Shown here in pieces: positions 48,248-61,791 of a stretch of 64,000 nt of DNA. Under the pieces are notes generated by a model that ran no database searches, was not told the origin of the DNA, and was given only the letters and a program-made list of their open reading frames with translations. The position numbers were made by a program, and so were the translations under genes. Position 1 is the first letter of the stretch; each line of letters opens with the position of its first letter. The stretch is from Guillardia theta CCMP2712 (taxonomy: Eukaryota; Protista; Cryptophyta): NCBI RefSeq assembly GCF_000315625.1, contig NW_005434606.1, positions 1 to 64,000 on the forward strand. Reading direction: 5' to 3'.

Positions 48248-51200
48248 CTAGTTCTGTAGGTTCTGCAAGGCCTCCATGACGAGGGAGCGGAACTTGCCGT
48301 CCTTGACGTTCACCTTGCTCACGTCGTCCTTGCTGATAGTCTCCAGTGCTGCTCCCAGCAGCCTCATGGCGTTGTTGTAGTTCCTGTCAGTCACCCCCAC
48401 GAACTCCATGTCGACGTCTCCTCCTCGGGTGAGGATCGCCATCTGCAGCTGCAGGTCGATCTCTCCGTCTGTGCACAGGATGCCGCCCGCAAGCCTGGGA
48501 TGCAGCATGGAGCTGCTGCTCTCGGGGAGGATCCTCCACACCCCCAGCTCGGCGTCGTTGTTGCCGAAGAGCAGCTGCCTGTGCTTGCTCCACAAGTCCG
48601 TGATCTGCGACGCTGTCCCCTTCCCCTTGGCGACAGCCCAGAGGGCGGGGAGAGGTTCTTCCCAGAGGTCGTAGCAGTCCTCCGAGTAGAGAGCGACGTG
48701 CAGTAGCACGTCGTTGAACGACAGCCTCGGGTCCTCCTCGTCCGAGCAGCTGAGCAACTGGGCAAACATTCCCCCCCAGAGCCGGGAGATCCGCTCGATG
48801 GGCTCATCCGCTAGGATCATCTTCCTGCTGAGAGACACGAGCGTCTGGATGAGAAACACAGTCTTCTCCTCTGCGTTGTCGCTCATCTTGCACGAGATCA
48901 TGTCCTGCATGTGCGTCGACGCCCAGATCAGACAGTCGACCAGCGTGCTCTCAGTCTCTGTCGGCCTGTCGCTGCTGCCGCCGTCGGGTTGACCCATCGC
49001 CCTCAACAGCGCTTGCGGAGAGTCGAGCGAGTTGTCGTAGAGTATCGTCATCCACAGAGCTGTGCGGTAGGGGCTCAGGTACTTGTCCTCCTCGGCGTTC
49101 TCCATGCCGATCTGATACTTGAGAATGTCCTTGGCAATGGCGAGGCTGTCGGAGGGAGAAGACTTCTTGAGCAGCGAGCACAGGTTGTCGTTCTTGAGTG
49201 CCGAAAGCACCTTGGCAGGGGAGGTGCAGACGGAGAGCAGCTCCACCAGCAGCGAGCTGTCTTGCACGGGCTCCGTGTTCCAGCACTTGTTCTGCACGTC
49301 GTTCCAGTCCACCGAGTGTCCGTGCTTGACGGCATCGATGATGTCTTCGAGCCTGGAGTAGTCGCCCCCCCAGGAGAAGGCGATGCCCTCGGCAAGCTCG
49401 TTGTTGCACTCCACCTCCAGCTGCAGCGGGAACCCGCACTGATCCACGAGCTTGTTCTCGAACATGACCTGCGGATCGTCCATCTTGCTGCATCGCTCGA
49501 CCCCGCCTGATGCGGGGTCCTTCCTCGCCTGCGCACGCATGTGGCAGCACCAAGCCGCGATTCTCAGAGCAGGAGGAGCGTCGTAGGCGCGATCGAGGCC
49601 GAAGGAGACGAAGTCAGGGAAGTCCATCCCGAGGTTGTCGGCGTTCTCAGTGAGGAGAGCCGCTTGAAACATGGAGGCCACCATCCCCTTGAGGCTCCGA
49701 GTGATGGAGAGGATCGGGTCCTCCCCCCTCTTCGCTCCCTCCATGGCCGCCAGGAACGCCTCGGCGAACTGCTGTGCGGTAATGGTGGACACTGTGGGAA
49801 CCTTGTTCAGCAGGAACCCAGCAAGCTTCTCAGCTGAGATGGACGAGGTCTGCGACAAGATGTCCTCGAGCTCGGCGATCCCTCGAAGGGACACGGCCTC
49901 GCCCCCAAAGATGCACCGGGCGCAGTGCATCCACTTGCGGATCCCTGAGCCGTTGCGGGTCTTCTTGGCGTCCATCACCTCGCTCAGCAGGGTGTTTCCG
50001 AGACGCGTCACGATGTCGACCACGCGCTCGGGCTCGATGCCGATCTTGGTTCCATCCTCCTTGAGCTGTTTCAGGTGCTCCAGGTCTCGGGAGTCCTTCC
50101 GGTTGGCAATCAGCAGCACGTGGAGCCTTCGCACGTTGAGCCGCAGCCACTGGAAGAGCTGAACCTTGTGGACGTCCTTGAGCATGTGGAACTCGTCGAC
50201 TATGAGAAAGAGGTGAGCCGAGGAGTCCGCGATCTCGCACTCGAGGATCTCCGTCAGGGCCATGTCGACAAGCCGATCGTCACTACCATCTATGAAGGCC
50301 TTGGACATCTGATGCCTTCCCTTGAGCTCCTCTGCGATCTGGTTGGAGAAGAAACTCTTTCCTGCTCCAGGGGGAGAGCAGAGGAGGACGAGGCAGGGCT
50401 TGGCTTCCAGCATGATGTCTTTCAGCGACGTCCTGTAGTCGGCAAAGTCTTTCTCGCTCTTACTGCCCCCTTCCCCTCCGAAGAACTCCGACACAAACCT
50501 CTCGGTCTTCTCCCAGCTGCTGTAGAAAGGCTTGCCATTGACAGCCTCGAACTTGGCGATGGACTCTTTCATCCTCGGGTAGGGCTGAATGTGTGTGGGG
50601 CGCAGTCGGACAACGTGCTCTGACTGCAAGTCTGCCTCATTCCGGATGCTCCTCTCAATAGGAGCAGGAGCAAACTCATACACGCACCGATCTCTGTTCT
50701 CCGAGAAGTTCCAGCTTGTCTGCGTGTTCTCTAGGTACACGAACCGCCACGGGTGTATCCGAGTGTACTCCGCCAACCATTTCAGCAGCGCGTCCTCGAT
50801 GCTGTCAAGCCCGGTCACGTACACCAGCCAAGTGTAGGCCGAGAAGTGACCGATGATGGTCAGGTACATGCTCGCGTTGTCCTTCGATCGAGTCAGCGCG
50901 TCATATCCCAGATCGCAAACTTCAACGATGGCCCCGTGCTTCTTCAGCTCTCCCAACGTGCCCCCACGAACGATGTGCACGCCGTACAGGTCGTTCTTGC
51001 GCTTGCAGAACGGCAGGAAGTGAGGAGGAACATGGAAGGACCTCTGGAAGAGCGAGAGGCAGTGGTTGGGGGAGGGCAGCGAGATCGCCACACAGTGGGC
51101 GATGACGAGCAGGTTCAAGTCTCCTCCTATGCTGCCGGAAGAGCTGTCTTCGATGCACAGCGACGGGACCCTCGCGGTCGTTGGGCCCTTTTCGAGCTGG

Positions 51201-54200
51201 TTAAGGAACCAAGACTTGGCGTCTTCTGGCAGGGGTGACCGGACAAGATTGCAGAGCCAGCTGAGCAGGTCACTGCGGTGAGAGAGCAGGTCGTAGATGT
51301 GCTCTGATATGTCCGTGTCTCCCGAGATGTTCGACTTCTTGGTCTTGACCTTGAGATAATGTTCCAACGACTTGACTAGGAGGCTCTTGTGGAACACGTA
51401 GACTATCGGCAGCCCGTCGCGCTCGTTGTACTTGATTTTGAGCCTCTTGACGTCGATCTGAACTTGATACAAGGGAACCTTCTCCCCTGAGAGAGACATG
51501 ACGGCAAACTTGGAGCAAACTCTGTTCCCGTAGCCCCAGGTGGCTGGGAACAAGGAGTTCTGAGCTGTTCCGGAGTTGCTCTCAGGGTTATCTGTCGGCA
51601 GGTCATGCACATCGTCTATGTAAGTGACTTTCTCCTCTTGTCCTTGGCCGAGGTTTCTCTCCTTCTTCGCCGAGTCGATGAGACGCTTGGTGTTGTCATC
51701 GGTCTTCTTCGTGTAGACCTTCTCCTGCTGCTTCTCCTCCCCTTCCGAGTCAGAGTCTTCGAAGTGCTGAGTCCAGACCGACTGCGCGTTCAGCCGCTTC
51801 CGTCTGGTGATGGAGGTCAGAAACTCCACCGACTGCTCCATGAACTTCTGCTGGGTGATGTGCTCGTGCGCCGTGATCAGGTTGTTCAGCACCGCGTTGG
51901 CATTCCGCGTCCCATCGTTATCGAACCGAACAAGGTACGGCTCGTCGTTGTTGGCTTCGAAGCTGATTCTCAGCTCTCCATCCACCTCTTCGTTGATTTC
52001 CAACTCGTCTCCTCCATTCGCATCGTCCAACCTTGCCAGGAAGCTGCTCTGATTATGCTCCGCCAACTTCAAGGTGAACACCATCTGTGACCTTGGCACC
52101 CAGTCTCTGATCCCGACGATGAGCGACAGGTTGTTGGACATGGCCTCTCCCAGGTGAGTCAGGCACTGGCTCTCGACATTCAGATCCTGCTCCAAACTCG
52201 GCAGATCCAGGTACTCCAGCACCGTGTTCAGCCCGTTGTCATCCTCCTTGATCTCATCCATGATCCTCAGGATGGCTTCGCAGACGATGTTCTCGGACCG
52301 GATGTAATCGCAAAACAAGTTCTCTTCCTCCCCCTGCTCGTCGCTAATACGCCTGAGCTCATTCAGCACCTGATCGATCTCCTTCAATTCATCTGCATCC
52401 CAGCCACGAGCTTTCTGCGCAGCAAAGTACGACATCTGGACGATTGATTTGATCGTTTCAAGAACAGCAGCGTCGAAGTCGAGCACTGCTAGCTTGCAGA
52501 CGTCTAGCAAGGTGTAGAGGAAGACAGGAGGGTTCTTTGCGCTATCCAGAGATGCTGCTCCCAACAAGACCATCCAGTCTCCTTCCAAGTTCTTGCGCAG
52601 GTAGAACCCCTTGGCTGTGATAGTCGACAACCTCGGGAGGTTGTTGAGATGCTCCCAGGCTCCCCCGTTGTGGGAGAAGATGGCTTCTATCTCAGCGAGC
52701 TGCCCCAGCTCTGCCTCGTCGAAGCTCTTCTGCTGTCGTCGCCGCAAGTTGGTCTGCTGCGACAGAGGAATCTTTCGTGAGTCTCCGGGGCTTCGCAAGA
52801 CCGGGTTCAGTCCTGGCACGATATGGACGATGCCGTAGCCGTCCTTGATGTTGAGGCTCACCAGCTTGCGGGCTGAGATCGTTCGCTCCGCCTGATTCAT
52901 GTCCCTTCGCAGCTTGCCGGTCACTCGCGAGCTCTTGGACTGCTGGGGACGGAGACGATCGGAGGAGAAGGCGGTCTTGAAGAGCGTCAACGTCTTTCGC
53001 TCGACAAGAACTTGAGGGCTCTGCCTGTCATGATCGCGAACATGATCGAAGTTGGCGAACCTCTTGTTCTCCACGTTCTTTGCCCTCCTTCGCGCCATGC
53101 TGCCTCGATCTGCAGTCTCAACCGCAGGCGCAGAGGAGGTGTGGAACTCGAAGCCCTCCTTGAAGATAATATCCTCATAGATCTTCAACTCTCTGCCAGC
53201 ATTTAAGATATCCTCTATCTTTTGCGGCAGCAAGGTTTGAGCCGGGCATCTCACGTAATGCTTGTGTTTGTGATTCCTTCTCTTCTTGCTGCCCACAAGA
53301 TCCAACAGTCTTTGAGACAGCTGCTTGTAGTCATACTTCGCATACAGGTTCGTTGCGATGTACTCAATCTCGTTCAGAACTGACGAGCTGTAGACAATGT
53401 TTTGTCTTTGCCACTCACGAAGCATACACACAACCTCAAACCCCTCGTTCACTGGGGTGATCCCAATCAGCGTGTACAGCGTGTCTGCTACAGTGACCTG
53501 CAGCTTGTCGGAACATCTTTTCAGACCCGAGCACAAGCCTTGGACGCAACTTTGAATGATTGCCTCGCCGTCACATGATCGCAGCTGTGAGAAGAAATCT
53601 GCGATGGTCACCATGTCTTCGACGACTCTGCTTTGCATCTGAGCCTCATTCGTAGTGAAGTCCCTCTGAGCAATCGCAGGATTCCTACTGGTCTCCTTGA
53701 GGTTGGTTGCCACGTCAGCAAACTTTGCTTCCAAGGCTGATCCATCAATCTGCCATGTACTAGTCAAGTCACATTGAGCTGCGAGCACATACACACCGCT
53801 TCCAGGAAGGTCCCATGCCCACATTCCGCCAGCCTCTTGAGCTTGTCCACCTGCAACGAGGTCCCGAAGGCAAGCGTGTTGACTTGAAGGCCGTACTGCG
53901 AGTATTTAGAGTAGAGAAGCTGCAAACCTTGTTAGAGGTCAACGCGTAGAGAACACAAAATTTGACCTGCATCTCCCGCTCTCCGTTCTCATGCGAGTCG
54001 CCATCGGACATGAACAAAATGACTGGAGGAAGCTGAGAGTTGTCCGTCTGCGACAAAATGCGGTCGACCTCGCTCAGAGCAGGTCCGAATGAAGTGCCCC
54101 CTCCTTTGAGAACAAGGTAAGCGTCCAACTTCGCTAGCGCATCGTCTAGAGTGATATTCTTGCACAGAGTCCTGGCAGATGAGTTGAAGGCAACCATAGA

Positions 54201-57200
54201 GATCATGTCTTTTGCGCTTGCAGTCTTACGAATATTGAAGAAAGTTCGAACTGCAGCTACGAGACTTGCCCAACCTGACCCTGCCATGGAGCCAGAGTCG
54301 TCCAGCACGAAGATGACGTGGAAGTTTGCGGGGTCGTCTTTGTACTCAGCGGAGAAATCCACTTGTGAATACTTCTGCTCAAGCTTATGAGCTATGCTCT
54401 CCATGACCTCCTCCATCAACTTGAGCGGAAAGTTCTGGTCGTATGTCTCCCCGTCTCTGATCTTCTTCGTGTGCTGCAGGTATCGGGTGATGGGGCCCAT
54501 GTCTCTCACATCGAACTGCAGCAGAAGGGTCAACAGCCACTGGATCGTCAAGCTCTCGCTGTCGGAGTTGCCTTGGAACAGCGGAATGTTGTCTTTGCCG
54601 CTCCGGAAGCGAACATCCATGTACACTGGAAGAGGACAGTAGACCATCTCGGTAGTGAACTTGGGCTGGCTCCATATCTTTCGCATCTTGAGGAGGTTGT
54701 TGTTGAGAGTTTGCTTCAGCCTACTCCCACTCATCTTCCCGAGGTCTTCAAGAGACATGCCTGCAGCATAGAACCAAGCCAAGCCCGTCAGGAAGATCTG
54801 CGCTCTCTGCTCCTGAATCTTGGTCTCGTCGATGGAGTTGAGGGTGTCGTCGATATGCAAGAGGATGTTGAGGTTGTGCAGCACAAGCTCTGGGGTGACG
54901 CCCTTGTCTGTGATAGGAAACATACGCCTGAACTTCTCCTTCTCCTGGAATTGAAGTCCAGGGAACTGAGAGTTCTCCATAGACTTGATGAGGAAGTCTA
55001 CACAGCTCCTCGGAAGGTGGCGGGAGTGACACCTAAAACTGTACACGGGCCATCCTGCTTTCTGAGCCTGACCGACCACGTAGTTCTCGTTCTCGATGAG
55101 GTTCTTCGTGCCAATCACGTTGCGCTTGATCGCGTTGAACATGCTGGCTGGCAGCGTGTGAGGAGCAAGAGTGAACCTGGCAAGATTGCTCAGCCCCTGC
55201 AGCGACGAGAAGGAAGGGTCAGCTGCTCGAGCGACTTTCTTGAAGAGCATCCAGCTTCCTGGCTGCGGGCTGTGACGCAGCTGCAGGGACCGGGCAGGAC
55301 AGGCCCACCAGCAGAACCAAAGGAGGGCAAGGAAGGACTCGTTGCTCTCCTCTGGTGTAGCGTTCATGACGGTAAACATAGTGCTCCTGGAGAGCTCGTT
55401 GTGCAGCAGCTCGACGTGTTTCAGCAGGTCAGCCTCCTCGAACGTCTTGTTCTTGAAATGCATGATGTAAACCGTGCAGAGCTTCTTGGAGCTTTCAAAC
55501 GGCAGGTCGAACTTGTGGGACAGTGCCATCTGCATCAGGTCCCTGGCACACTCGTTATCGGCAAAGGTCTTGTAGATGAGGGACCAAGGCTCAGGAATCA
55601 GGTCAGAAGGGAAAAGCACTGGCGGTTCGAATCCATGTTCGGACAAAACTTCAATCATCTCTACAGCAAGAGCTCGAGTCTGCTGCGTGCACAACCCGTT
55701 CAAGAACTCTGCATAGAAATCGAAGGCCTTCTCCTCTCCATGCGCTGCCTTGATGGCTTCGAGACTTGGCACGAGGATCCCATCCCTGAAGAGGGTGAGC
55801 TTGTACGGAGGATTAGCCGACTTGACAAGGTGAAGGAGAGCCTTGGGCCTCACCCGAGCTGCGATCGACGTGGAAGTATTGACCATGTCCACCATTGCAA
55901 CTGAGTCTGCGTCCTTAGCCCATTCCAGCCACCCGCCAAGAATATTCTTCATCACCGACCCATATGTCTCTTGGAGTATCTTGGTCAAGTTTTCTTTGGA
56001 CAGGCAAACGCTCATCAGAGCTCTACCGATCCTGAGGCTCGGGTCCGACAGCATCTTGCTGATCTCAACTTTGTTCTTCTCAGACATGATGAAGTCTCTG
56101 ATCGCATGCTGCTCGCTCAATGTCTCCACCTTATCCAGCGCGATCATCGCCCTTGCGACCGAGAGGTACAATTGAAGCTTCTCACCGCTCGTTACTTGAT
56201 CATCGGAGCCCTTGGTCTCAAAGAAGATGCCGTTCTTCAGCAGCAGAATCTGGTCCTCCTCGAAGTAGTCGTTGGTCAACACGGCAGTGGACCCAGAAAC
56301 CAGTAGCAGCCACCAGATAGCTGCCGTTCGAGATCTCAGCACGTAGAACTTGTCAGTCGGCAAGCTGTGGAGCAGTCCCTGGCAAGCAGAGTAATCCCTC
56401 TCGATCTCCTGGATCCCATCCTTGCCCAGCGTCAGGTTCACGATCTGGGAAGGGCTCAAACTCAGCAGCAGCATGATTCGGCTGGGCGAGTGCGTGCAGA
56501 TATGCTTGAAGACTTCGCTGGTGAGCTCAGGGCCTGTCTGCCACTTGACAAACATCTCCTCCCAGTTCAGCTCCGCTCCCACGATGGACTGATGCTCCAT
56601 AATCTCCTGGTGTCGGATGATGGCGTCGCCCTTCCCGGGGTCGAGGTACATGGGGTACTTGGAGCGGTTATCATGGAGGTGTGACTGATGGTAAGACAAT
56701 TCAGCGCACAAGAGCCTGCCGGGGTTGTTGGCACAGTGAACATTGGCGTCCCCCAGGTTGGCCGTTTGAATCAGGGGGAGGCCGAAAGGGAGGTTCTTCT
56801 CCCTGTGAACTAGAGAGCTGCCTTCGTCTGTGTTCTGACAAAGAAAATGGATGTACGCCTCAATGCGATGCAGCTGGCTCAAGAACCGAACGCAAGGTTG
56901 ACGACAGAAGTCCGCAAAGCAGATCAATGGCATCTCATCAGTCCAACTTTCAGATGTGCATCGGATGTAATGGTTGACATGCCGTGCAAGGAGGCCAGCA
57001 AGAGTTTTGCATTCCTCTTCCAGCACTTTGCAAGGTACCATGATGGGCTGATCTGCCTTGGACAGATTGCTGAAGATCTCCTCCAGGACATGCTTGTTCT
57101 CAACTCTCAGCAAGTCGTCATTCTGGTCAAGAAAGTTCAGTAGATTGAGATTCTGCATCCCTCCTCTCATGAACTCTTCAATAAATCCTTTCTGGGTATC

Positions 57201-60200
57201 AGTAATGATGTGATCTAAGGAGAACATCAACTTGAGACCTCTGCAGATCAACCCGTACTTGTCAATATTCTTCTCCGGGTAGATATTATTCCTTTGAGTC
57301 AGTATGGGAGCATGAATCCATGTAGGTGGCGAACGACTGTCCTGATAGATTCTGAATCTGCAGAGGCTGACAAGCGGGCATGTAACCAGCAGAACGATCT
57401 TGACGTTCGACTTGAAGCACCGAGATATCAAGACTTCGAGCTTTCTCTGTGGGAGGAACGAAGCTCTTGAAAGGATAATCGTTGGGCACTTGATCGAGCT
57501 GTTCACATTCTTCTGGCGATTCTTCTCCTCGGCCCGAGCGCCTGTGATACGAAGCTCTGAGTTCTCAGACAAGAACTCCTTCAGGTTGTCAAAGTTAGAT
57601 CTGTCTCCGGCATCGATCAGTCGTATTTTGACAGCCTCATACGCCGATTCATAAATAGTATTAGCAGTCCAGCTGTGATCCGAGCACACTAGAATGCGAA
57701 TGAAACTTTCCATCTTGTCCGCCTGAGAGACAGGCTGGTCCATCCACTCCCTCACAGTCTGTAGCCACCTCCCGCACTCCATGGCGTACTTGAGAGGAGT
57801 CTCTTTGCACCAATACGAACGGCAGAGCTCTTGAGGAGTTTTACAGAGTCGATCGTAGGTTTCATTCAGTACGGAGCCGACAGCAGATTGCCTTGAGAAT
57901 GAAATGGGCAGGAATTTCTGGTCAATAGATTCTCTGATGCTATCGGGACGATAGATGAGGTCTTTAAATGACGGACTGAATTCCAACAGCTTGAGTATGC
58001 TGTTCGAGTGCCGGAAGATCATCTTGAAGGCAGGAGCTGGTAACGTAATGAGCTGATTCATCTGGTCTGCCGTGATCTTCCCAGTGATGTTCACATACAG
58101 GAACGTGATGGAAGTTGGGTTCGCTTGCTTGAGCTTCAAGAAGAGAGACTCGAAATTGCTTTCCTCCACAAAGACTTCTTCTTGTGCAAAGTGAGTTTCC
58201 TTAGAAATGATTGTGGGCAAGTAGGTCAGGTGATCTTCAGAGACGATTGCGATCCTCTTGTTGAGATTTGCCCTCATGCCAACGAAATGCACGGATCTGT
58301 CTGCATCGGAAGCCTCAGGGCTCACGACATTGAAGTTGTCATTTTCAAAGCTGTTGGAAGACCCCGCGGTGATCAGATTCAACACAATCCTTCTGCTCTC
58401 TTGCTCAGTCACACTCAGTCTGTTCAGATTCTCGAAGGCCCCCTTCATCTTCGATTCCCAAAACTTAGTAACCAAGTTTGCAAGATCCGGGTGGACAGCG
58501 TGTAGCAGCTGGACACTGGCATAGTACAAAACCAGCGCGTTGTTCTCAATCTCCTTCATGATCAAGTTTGAATAATCATCTTGAGTCATGTTTTGTCGAT
58601 CGATGGCATTCAATCCAAGCACCTCTGAAGCACAACAGTCAGAAAATCGACATCATTCACAAACAAACTTCAATCACAACATGAACATCAGGACGTTTTG
58701 ATTCAACAACTTCGAGCTAGAATATCAATACCTGCGATTACTTCTGCACTCTCCATGAACCCTTGACCTCGCGGTGCTGTCGCGGTCAATCGGCCAGTTC
58801 CAGTCTGGTACACGGCACTCGGGGGCATCAGCACAGCTAGACGGTAGAAGGGGAGGACTTCGGTTGATTCACCAACCTGACAAACTGAGGCGATCGGCTC
58901 CACGGCCAAGGCACTGTACCCAACACCCTCAGTCTTGACGTTGCCAACCTCGCGCAGGTCTATCAGAAATCGGCTTCCTGCATCTGAGATGTCTTGAAAA
59001 TGGGACCCGCCTTCCGATCTCTTGTCGTTGAGGACAAGCAGGATGTGAGTGAACTTTGGAGTCGACGGATTTGTCTGCGACAAGATCTCTTCGACCGTCT
59101 TGGCGTTGGGAGAGTGCTTGTCACGGTTGACGAACTGATAGAAACTGATTGAGTCCGATGTTTCTATCCCTAGACCGCAAGTCTTCAAGACATCCACCGT
59201 ATCGTCATGTTCAACACTGAGGTCAAAGTTCAGATAGTTCCCAGACAGGCTCAAGCCTATCTCAAACAAACGAGAGTCCAGCTCTTGCCGAGAGTCATTA
59301 GAGTCTGTCTTCCTGTACAAAGAGACCATCCTGACAACTACCGACTTTTCTTCGGACTCGGGGACTCCCTTTTTCTCATTGTGTGCCATCTTGTACCCAA
59401 ACACAGCAATGCGCCTTCCTTCGCCGTGCATGGTCTTGGCATCCTGCACTTGTTTCTGGGACTCCAAGATTGCTTCCCGCACACACGCCAGACGTCCGGC
59501 TCTCCGAGCATTCTCCCGCAGGTTCACCTTTCGTTCCATGTAAACCTTGATGTAGCTCGTGAGATTCGTCATCATCGACGGTGCACTGAGGTCGTCAAGG
59601 AACTTGAAGATCTGTGGTTCAGGCACTCCTTCAAAGTCCAGCACCGACTTCCACTTATCCCACACTCGCTTCTCCTCATTCACATATCCCTCGATCTGCT
59701 CTAGAGTAGCAGTCTCTTGTCCGCCAGGATGGTCATGGTAAAACCTGTCAAGCTCGGTGTTTTCAAAGTCATAGCGATCAACACTGTCCAGCTTACAAAA
59801 CGGAATCACTCCGACGTCTGCGGCCCGTCGCATGGCACTCTCGAGAGATTGTTGAGCTCGGTAATAGTGTTCCATGCACCGGATGATGAACATCTGAACC
59901 TCGGTGTAAACGTTGTTCAGCTCATCATTCTGAAGGTCCTCCAGTTTCTCAGCACGTTTCAACCATTCCTCGGTCAAGTTTGCATCAAGATCTCCAGGCA
60001 TCTTGTCACGAGTCGTTCCAACGAGACCTCGGAGTATGGCTGCCATTTCAACAGGATGGTAACGCTTTGACCTCACGTGCACTATGGAGAAACCAAACTT
60101 CTCTTCTGTGTGCTTCTCAGTCGACGTGGAGACTCCAGTCAGCTTTTCCAGATGATAGCTCAAAAAATCTCTGTCCCAACGATCTTCTGCACCGTAGAAC

Positions 60201-60688
60201 CTCCTGTACCAATTGCTATCGGAATGAAGAGGCCTCATCGCCTCTAGAAGACTATCCATGTTGCTCTCTTCATTCTCAAGGATTCGAGGTCCCAGGCGTC
60301 GAAACGTCTCGTAGTAGATCGGCTGATTCAGACCAGTCAGCCGCGCTGCCACCAGGACCTTCCGCGCAACGCTGATCTTCACCCTCTCATAGGGAGCGTT
60401 CTGGATCCTAGAGTGCCAGAACTTGAGAGCCTCCCTCCACAGGCACGCTTCCTTGCCTCGTTGCCTCACATTCATCAAGTAGATTGCCTGAGTGTTGGTA
60501 AACCATACTTCATTGAAGCCCGTCTCCGGAGGTCTGTTGCCTTGTGCATTCGAGCTCGGTGCCAGTGCTCTCGGAACAGCTGTGGCTTCATTGTGAAGAG
60601 CGTTTCGGCCCGATTGCGAGTTGATGTCTCCATCAATGTCCTCTGCGTCCGAAAAGGATGCGTCTGACATACCTGCTGTATTCGTCAT
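48248..60688 (-). CDS. Giant (~4,080 aa) vWA + P-loop NTPase (AAA+/STAND-like) protein; 4 exons
   Basis: Exons 60688-58732, 58624-53967, 53919-53797 and 53749-48248 join in frame through GT-AG introns of 107, 47 and 47 nt. vWA MIDAS: VLDDSGSM, GGGTSF, FMSDG. Walker A CSPPGAGKS; Walker B FLIVDEFH. Confidence 0.88.
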
Positions 60689-61059
60689 GTCAGGTCGGAT
60701 AAGACAAATTTTTCAGAAATCGAAAATGCGCTGTACAGTCTTTGGTAGTCTTTTGCTTTCACTTTCTCAGGAAGCAGTGTGCGAGAGTATGGAAATGCAT
60801 AGACGTTCGCAGAAGAGACAACACATTCTAGTTGTAAAGAGATGAAACAAGGGGTGCTTTTCAACAATCAGTCAGAACAGAATCAAACAGATCTATTGGG
60901 AAGGGATCAAAGGGTTTGGCCATCAAAGGCAGGAAAATGTGGAGGGGAGAAAGCAGAGCGTGACAGAAGAGGAGCAAAAGAGCAGAGCTAAAAGTCAGCA
61001 AAGAACGATGAAGAGAGGCAGATCCAGCACACATCAAGCAAGGACGGGGAGAAAATCAG

Positions 61060-61200
61060 CAGAGGACAGGACAGGACGGGACGGGACGGGACACGACAGG
61101 ACGGGACAGGACAGGATACGACACGACACGACACGATAGGTGGGGAGGAGAGGGGATAAGAGAAGAGGAGAGGAGAGGAGAGGAGAGGAGAGGAGAAGAT
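61060..61200. repeat. Compound pentamer microsatellite (GGACA/GGGAC/ACACG/GAGAG)
   Basis: Direct tandem repeats. Confidence 0.9.
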
Positions 61201-61791
61201 TTATAGGCGGGAGAGGACACGAAAGGGGGAGGGGGAGGGTGGCTCAGGAACGAGTGAAAGTGCAGAGGGTGGAGCGATATTTGTTGTACGACGAAAGGAG
61301 CAACAAGGGGTGTGTTTGAGGTAATTTGTACGGGTAGTCAGAAATGCAGCAAAGTGGGTTTGTGGGTGGGGGTAGAGTCCGCAAGCGTTGCATGTTGCTG
61401 GGAATCAAACTTGAACCGTTGCGAGTTGCTAGGAAGGTTTTGCTTAGGGGGTAGGGGTATCGTTTTTTTTACCTTGTCATATTTCTGGTTGAGCCTAGCA
61501 AGCAGGGGGTCAAAACCTGGTAAAGAGGAGGGGGTGGGTGGGGGTAATGTAGTTCCACAGGGGTGGGGGTGGATGGATGCGAGCTAGGTGGGTGCGGGTG
61601 GATTTCGGGATGTCGTAGAGGGGGGGAGGAGAGGAGGGAGGAGTAGCGAGTGAGAAGAGAGGAGTGAAAGTGTGGATGCTTGCTTCTGATGATGATCTGT
61701 GAACAGATGCTGGAGAAGAAGCGCAGAGGACCCAAGGAAGCAATGCACGCACACTGATAAGGCTAGTCCTTAACTCAGAGCAACTAGACCC

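Noticed and set aside
54387-55904. 505-aa + strand ORF and other antisense ORFs across 48400-60700
   Set aside because: Shadow frames of the minus-strand giant gene, caused by codon bias.
48248-60688. Midasin, dynein or RNF213 ortholog
   Set aside because: Only one intact Walker A/B pair, the vWA is central rather than C-terminal, and no acidic linker, stalk or RING was seen.
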